In this document: piece by piece, positions 59,836 through 64,000 of the stretch
Layout of the letters: each line of letters starts with the position of its first letter
How positions within the stretch are numbered: the first letter of the stretch is position 1
Assembly (NCBI GenBank): GCA_002773945.1
Contig: PEZT01000001.1
Location: 1,131-65,130, forward strand
Length of the DNA: 64,000 nt
Direction of reading: 5' to 3'
Source: Candidatus Beckwithbacteria bacterium CG10_big_fil_rev_8_21_14_0_10_34_10
GTDB taxonomy: Bacteria; Patescibacteriota; Microgenomatia; UBA1400
Program-made: the position numbers and the translations under genes
Notes under the pieces: model-generated
What the model was told of the DNA's origin: nothing
What the model saw: only the letters and a program-made list of their open reading frames with translations
Databases searched by the model: none

Positions 59836-61156
59836 GCCTTTTTCGGCTCAAGCGGTAGGTTTTAGGATGAGAAAGAAAAATAACGGGCGACTCTTCGGAA
59901 ATAAATCTTTGGAAATCTAAATATTTTTCTAATCTTTCTTCTTTACTAGTAATTGTCCGACCATCTTCTAATAATTTATCAATCTTTGGACTTTTAAATT
60001 TAGTAATATTAGTATTTCTGGTGGAATGCCAAAAAACATATTGGTCAGGATCAGAAGGAATTTCTTGAATTCCTAAAAAAATTTGAAACTCTTCGGACAA
60101 GCTATTAATTAAAGCAATTTCTACTTCTACATTTAGGACTTCTTCCCAGGATCTTTTAATTTTTTCGGCCTGATCTAAAAAAGGTTCAGTGGTGGATATT
60201 TTTATTTTAACTTTTTCGTCTAAGTCAAAAAGCTCCTTAGCTTTGGCAGGATTATAATCATATAGTTTAGCATCTGGATTGTATGCCCAGGAAATAGGGC
60301 TAATTGGGCCAGTGGCTCTTCGGTCACCGTAAGTTTTATCTTCTATAGCATAGGCAAGGGCCTGACGATAACTTTTTTCCGAAAAGATTTGATCTTCAGT
60401 ATTAAAGAAAAGGCCTAAATATTGATCTAAAACTATTTTTTCTTCTAAATTTACCTTACTAAGCCACTTTTCGTCTAATTGGGGCTTAATTAGCCTGTCC
60501 AAAACATCAATTTCTCCCATTTTAAAAGCAACTAAAGCTGCTTCTTCCGTTGGATAATATCTAAAACTGATGTCTTTTTCTGGACTGGTTAAGGTAATTT
60601 TTTCAACTAGATTGGCTGATTTTTTAATTCTCTTAATTTTATAGGGACCAACACCCAAATAGTTTTCTTTAAAAACTGGTTGATTAAGAATAATTAAAAA
60701 AGGAGAAAAAGGTTCTTTTAGGGTAAATCTAATTTGCTTATCGCTTAAAACATTAACTTGAACATCACTAAAGTTATAATTTATATCCCAGGCAGTAGCT
60801 GGAGTTTCATCCTGCCAATAAATGTTATCTAATAGGGTAAAAGTGTAAACTAAACCATCACCAGATATTTGCCATTCTTTGGCTAATCCTGGAGCAGCCG
60901 AGCCATCAGTAGACACAGTAGTTAAACCTAGGCTTAAAAGCCTAGTTATTTCTAATGGAAGATTATCCAAATCCAACCTTCCAATTTTACCAACTTTTTC
61001 ATGTTTTTTTAGACGGGGAAGAAGAGGCATAATTTTCCCGATAAAGAAAAACCCAATAATTCCTATTAATGAAGCAACTATAATAGTACGACCATGCTTA
61101 GCTAAAAAAGCTTTAGTCACCCAGGAAAACAAGCGGAATCTTTTAAAAAATTTCAT
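59822..61156 (-). CDS. Membrane-anchored ABC substrate-binding protein, family 5
   Basis: PGLAKEW.ISGDGLVYTFTL, GVGPY, RQALAYAI, DP..FWHS. Confidence 0.85.
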   Translation of the reverse strand: MKFFKRFRLFSWVTKAFLAKHGRTIIVASLIGIIGFFFIGKIMPLLPRLKKHEKVGKIGRLDLDNLPLEITRLLSLGLTTVSTDGSAAPGLAKEWQISGDGLVYTFTLLDNIYWQDETPATAWDINYNFSDVQVNVLSDKQIRFTLKEPFSPFLIILNQPVFKENYLGVGPYKIKRIKKSANLVEKITLTSPEKDISFRYYPTEEAALVAFKMGEIDVLDRLIKPQLDEKWLSKVNLEEKIVLDQYLGLFFNTEDQIFSEKSYRQALAYAIEDKTYGDRRATGPISPISWAYNPDAKLYDYNPAKAKELFDLDEKVKIKISTTEPFLDQAEKIKRSWEEVLNVEVEIALINSLSEEFQIFLGIQEIPSDPDQYVFWHSTRNTNITKFKSPKIDKLLEDGRTITSKEERLEKYLDFQRFISEESPVIFLSHPKTYRLSRKRLSFF

Positions 61157-61159
61157 TGT

Positions 61160-61378
61160 TTAATAAGTTAAAAAATTAGCAATTGAGGAAAGGAAAAAAA
61201 GGATAATTATTATAATAGTAAAGACAAAAACTACTCTCTCCACTCCTCTTTTGGAGTGGTATGAAGAAGATGAACCCCCAAAGGTAGCACTTAAACCCGA
61301 ACCCTGAGACTGCATTAAAAGCAGAACTATCATGATTAAGGATATTGTTATTTGGATTATTCCTAAAATTATATTCAT
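61160..61378 (-). CDS. secG: Preprotein translocase subunit SecG
   Basis: Two TMs; Q.QGSGLSATFGG....HSKRGVE. Confidence 0.92.
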   Translation of the reverse strand: MNIILGIIQITISLIMIVLLLMQSQGSGLSATFGGSSSSYHSKRGVERVVFVFTIIIIILFFLSSIANFLTY

Positions 61379-61382
61379 TTTG

Positions 61383-61455
61383 TGAGTCGCCAGGGACTCG
61401 AACCCTGAACCTATTGCTTAAGAGGCAATTGCTCTACCAGTTGAGCTAGCGACCC
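61383..61455 (-). tRNA. tRNA-Lys(CTT)
   Basis: Anticodon arm ATTGC-CTCTTAA-GCAAT. Confidence 0.94.
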
Positions 61456-61534
61456 TCTTAAAATTTAGTAACTTAATTATATCAAAGCCTAGATTTTCAA
61501 GCAAAATCTTTTTCTACTTAATTTTAAAATAAAG

Positions 61535-61607
61535 TGCGCCTGGGAGGACTCGAACCTCCAGCCCTCTGTTCCGAAGACAGATGCTCTATCCTTTGAGCTA
61601 CAGGCGC
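61535..61607 (-). tRNA. tRNA-Arg(TCG)
   Basis: Acceptor GCGCCTG/CAGGCGC; anticodon arm TCTGT-CTTCGGA-ACAGA. Confidence 0.94.
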
Positions 61608-61708
61608 TTTGTTGAATATTATATCATCTAAAATAACTGACTAATAATATTACTCTATAATTTAAGTTCCTCTTCTATTCAACCAAAAGATAAGGATATA
61701 ATAAAATA

Positions 61709-62911
61709 ATGAAAAAGAATGTATTTGTTTTTAATCCTTTAAAGACATTTTTTACCTTTATTGTGGTAGTGGTTATCTTTTCTTTTATAAACATTGGTTT
61801 GTATTTCTTAAGTCAAACTAATTCTTTTTTATCTCCAATTGTAGCTGGTTTTCCCTTTTTAAAAATCAAAGGTCCTCAAAAAATAATTGGTTTCCTCCCT
61901 TACTGGTCAGTAAATGAAAAACTTTCCCTAAATTATGATGTTTTAGATCAGCTAATCTATTTTAGTTTAACTGTTTTAGAAGATGGCTATTTACTAAAAG
62001 AAGAATATGGTGAAACTGAACCAGGCTGGCATCACTTAAATAGGCCTGAAACTAAAGAAATTTTTAGAAAATTGAGACAGAGAAGAATAAAAGTTTTTTT
62101 AAGTTTTAGTTCTTTTGAGGCTTCAATTATGGCTGAAGTAGTAGCAAACGAGTCTAAAAGAGCTCTGTTAATCTCAGAAATTAAAAAAATATATGAACTT
62201 TACGATTTAGATGGAGTAGATATTGATTTTGAATATTTCCCTTTATATTCAGATGATCAGTTTGGATATAACTTTAATCTTTTTTTAAAAGAGCTTAAAT
62301 CTGCTTTAAAAGAAGTTGATTCTCAGGCCATGATTTCAGTCGATATTTATCCCAAAGCCATGATTGATGGTCAACCATATAATTTAGAGGAAATGGTCAA
62401 AATTGTTGATCAAATAATTTTAATGGCCTATGATTTTACCCAGAGCAGAACAAGGTATACTGGACCAGTGGCACCCTTAAACAAAAGCTCACTTGATGAT
62501 TACTCAATTAGCATGGCTGTTAACAGTTTTAAACTTCGGATTAAAGATAAAAGTAATCAAAAAAAATTAATTTTAGGGATTCCCTTATATGGTTACAAAT
62601 GGAGGACGATTGATGATTCTTATCGAGCCAAATCTTACTCATACTTAGGGGAAATGATAAGTTACAAACGGGCCCAAGAAATGATCAAAGAAATGAACCT
62701 TCAAATAAACTGGGATGCGACGGCTTCTTCACCCTGGATCTCCTATAACCAAAATGGAGCTTGGTGGCAAACATATTTTGAAAACTATGATTCTTTAGTA
62801 ACCAAGTTTAAATTAGCCAAACAAAATAGTTTAGGCGGAATAGCATTTTGGGCTTTAGGTTACGAAGAAGATGAAATTGATTTCTGGAACTATTTGAAAA
62901 AAAATTTCTAG
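61709..62911 (+). CDS. Membrane-anchored glycoside hydrolase family 18
   Basis: DGVDIDFEY (DxDxE), MAYD, LGIPLYG, GIAFWALG. Confidence 0.92.
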   Translation: MKKNVFVFNPLKTFFTFIVVVVIFSFINIGLYFLSQTNSFLSPIVAGFPFLKIKGPQKIIGFLPYWSVNEKLSLNYDVLDQLIYFSLTVLEDGYLLKEEYGETEPGWHHLNRPETKEIFRKLRQRRIKVFLSFSSFEASIMAEVVANESKRALLISEIKKIYELYDLDGVDIDFEYFPLYSDDQFGYNFNLFLKELKSALKEVDSQAMISVDIYPKAMIDGQPYNLEEMVKIVDQIILMAYDFTQSRTRYTGPVAPLNKSSLDDYSISMAVNSFKLRIKDKSNQKKLILGIPLYGYKWRTIDDSYRAKSYSYLGEMISYKRAQEMIKEMNLQINWDATASSPWISYNQNGAWWQTYFENYDSLVTKFKLAKQNSLGGIAFWALGYEEDEIDFWNYLKKNF

Positions 62912-62961
62912 GGTTTAATTTACCCCTTTTTTTTTAAATAAATCTTGTTATAATATTTAAT

Positions 62962-63642
62962 ATGACAAAAGCAAAAAAGAAGAACAATAAAAAACAAGCC
63001 TTGAGGATTAATCTTTCTTCAATAAATATTCCGTTGGGTAAAGAAATCCAAAATTTTTTGAAAAAGAAAAAAATTGATGTTAAACCAGCTTTAATCTTTT
63101 TAGCTATTGCTTTAGGACTCTATTTCCTTAGTTCTTATCTTGTAGTGGCTTTAGTTAATGGCCGGCCAGTTTCCAGATTTGAATTAATTAAAATTCTTGA
63201 AGCTCAGAATGGAAAACGAACATTAGAATCTTTAATTACCAAAAAATTAATCTTGCAAGAAGCCAAAAAAGAGAGTTTTAAAGTCACTAAAGAAGATTTG
63301 GCTAATGAAATAAAAATAATTGAAGATAACTTAGCTGCTCGGGGTCAAAAATTAGATGAAGTTTTAGCCCTTCAAGGTATGACCAGAATCCAGCTAGAAG
63401 AAGAAATTGAAATCCAGAAAATTGCCGAAGGACTAGCGGGTAAAAATACCCAAATTACTGAAGAAGAAATAGATACCTATATTGAAGAAAATCAGGCTTC
63501 AATCCCTCCTGAAGCTGAACCAGCAGAAATTAGAGGAACAGTTAAAAGCCAGCTTCAACAGCAAAAAACTTCTGAAGCAATTCAGACTTGGTTAGAAAAA
63601 ATAAAGTCTGAGGCCAAGATTAACTACTTAAAAAAGTACTAA
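62962..63642 (+). CDS. SurA N-terminal domain chaperone (PrsA-like, no rotamase domain seen)
   Basis: TM, VALVNG..VS, LI..KLILQEA, L..QG.T, W....K..AKI. Confidence 0.8.
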   Translation: MTKAKKKNNKKQALRINLSSINIPLGKEIQNFLKKKKIDVKPALIFLAIALGLYFLSSYLVVALVNGRPVSRFELIKILEAQNGKRTLESLITKKLILQEAKKESFKVTKEDLANEIKIIEDNLAARGQKLDEVLALQGMTRIQLEEEIEIQKIAEGLAGKNTQITEEEIDTYIEENQASIPPEAEPAEIRGTVKSQLQQQKTSEAIQTWLEKIKSEAKINYLKKY

Positions 63643-63720
63643 ATAGACATTAGTCTTTACTCCTATTAATATTTTAAAATCTTTTAATTAATAGTTTTTT
63701 GGGGTAAAATATTACTGTTT

Positions 63721-63806
63721 GCCGCGGTGGCGGAACTGGCAGACGCGCGAGACTTAAAATCTCGTAGAGGTAATTCTCTGTGTGGGTTCGATTCCCTCCC
63801 GCGGCA
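63721..63806 (+). tRNA. tRNA-Leu(TAA)
   Basis: Anticodon arm CGAGA-CTTAAAA-TCTCG; long variable arm. Confidence 0.94.
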
Positions 63807-63837
63807 CAGATAAATATGAATATTTAAAATCTAAAAA

Positions 63838-63910
63838 CGGAGAGTGGCGCAGTTGGTAGCGTGCACGCTTTGGGAGCGTGAGGTCCCGGGTTCGAATCCC
63901 GGCTCTCCGA
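63838..63910 (+). tRNA. tRNA-Pro(TGG)
   Basis: Acceptor CGGAGAG/CTCTCCG; anticodon arm CACGC-TTTGGGA-GCGTG. Confidence 0.95.
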
Positions 63911-63914
63911 CTAA

Positions 63915-64000
63915 ATGAATTTAAAAGAAAAAATAAATCAGGATATTATCTTAAATCTAAAAGCCGGGAATAAAGAAAAACTCGAAAGCTTGAGATTTTT
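63915..64000 (+). CDS. GatB/YqeY domain protein, 3'-truncated by window
   Basis: MNLKEKINQDIILNLKAGNKEKLESLRF resembles the YqeY N-terminus. Confidence 0.55.
   Translation, partial: MNLKEKINQDIILNLKAGNKEKLESLRF

Noticed and set aside
1-64000. CRISPR array, rRNA, IS/transposase, intron or reassigned stop codon
   Set aside because: No repeat-spacer series, rRNA-like tract or transposase motif seen; conserved genes end correctly at TGA/TAG/TAA under code 11.

Overview
AT-rich, gene-dense bacterial chromosome segment with the gene content of a Patescibacteria/CPR organism (Microgenomates-like; inferred from gene content, not from a marker gene). In order it holds: partial ileS, rodA, rplU-rpmA-parB, lepB; a surface-glycan glycosyltransferase cluster; a small accessory zone between tRNA genes; polX, lemA-htpX, gatCAB, dnaE; a pyrimidine operon (pyrD-SIS-pyrF-pyrE-prs-pyrG); rplS, a pilin, a doubly deleted tgt, ruvCAB, holA; a central-carbon cluster (pmm, PMI-like, GlmS-like SIS, ppsA, eno, pfkB, acs, 2-oxoacid:ferredoxin oxidoreductase); lexA, envelope genes and 10 tRNA genes. 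I saw no CRISPR array, rRNA, intact IS or prophage. The strongest observations are: (1) a LexA that has lost both its scissile Ala and its catalytic Ser, with a 3x11-bp direct-repeat operator candidate over its promoter; (2) a coupled PMI-like plus glutaminase-less GlmS-like SIS pair; (3) alternating dif-like sites around a single cupin gene; (4) an attenuator-like pyr leader; (5) pervasive leaderless-type promoters. All calls come from reading motifs by eye; no searches were run.
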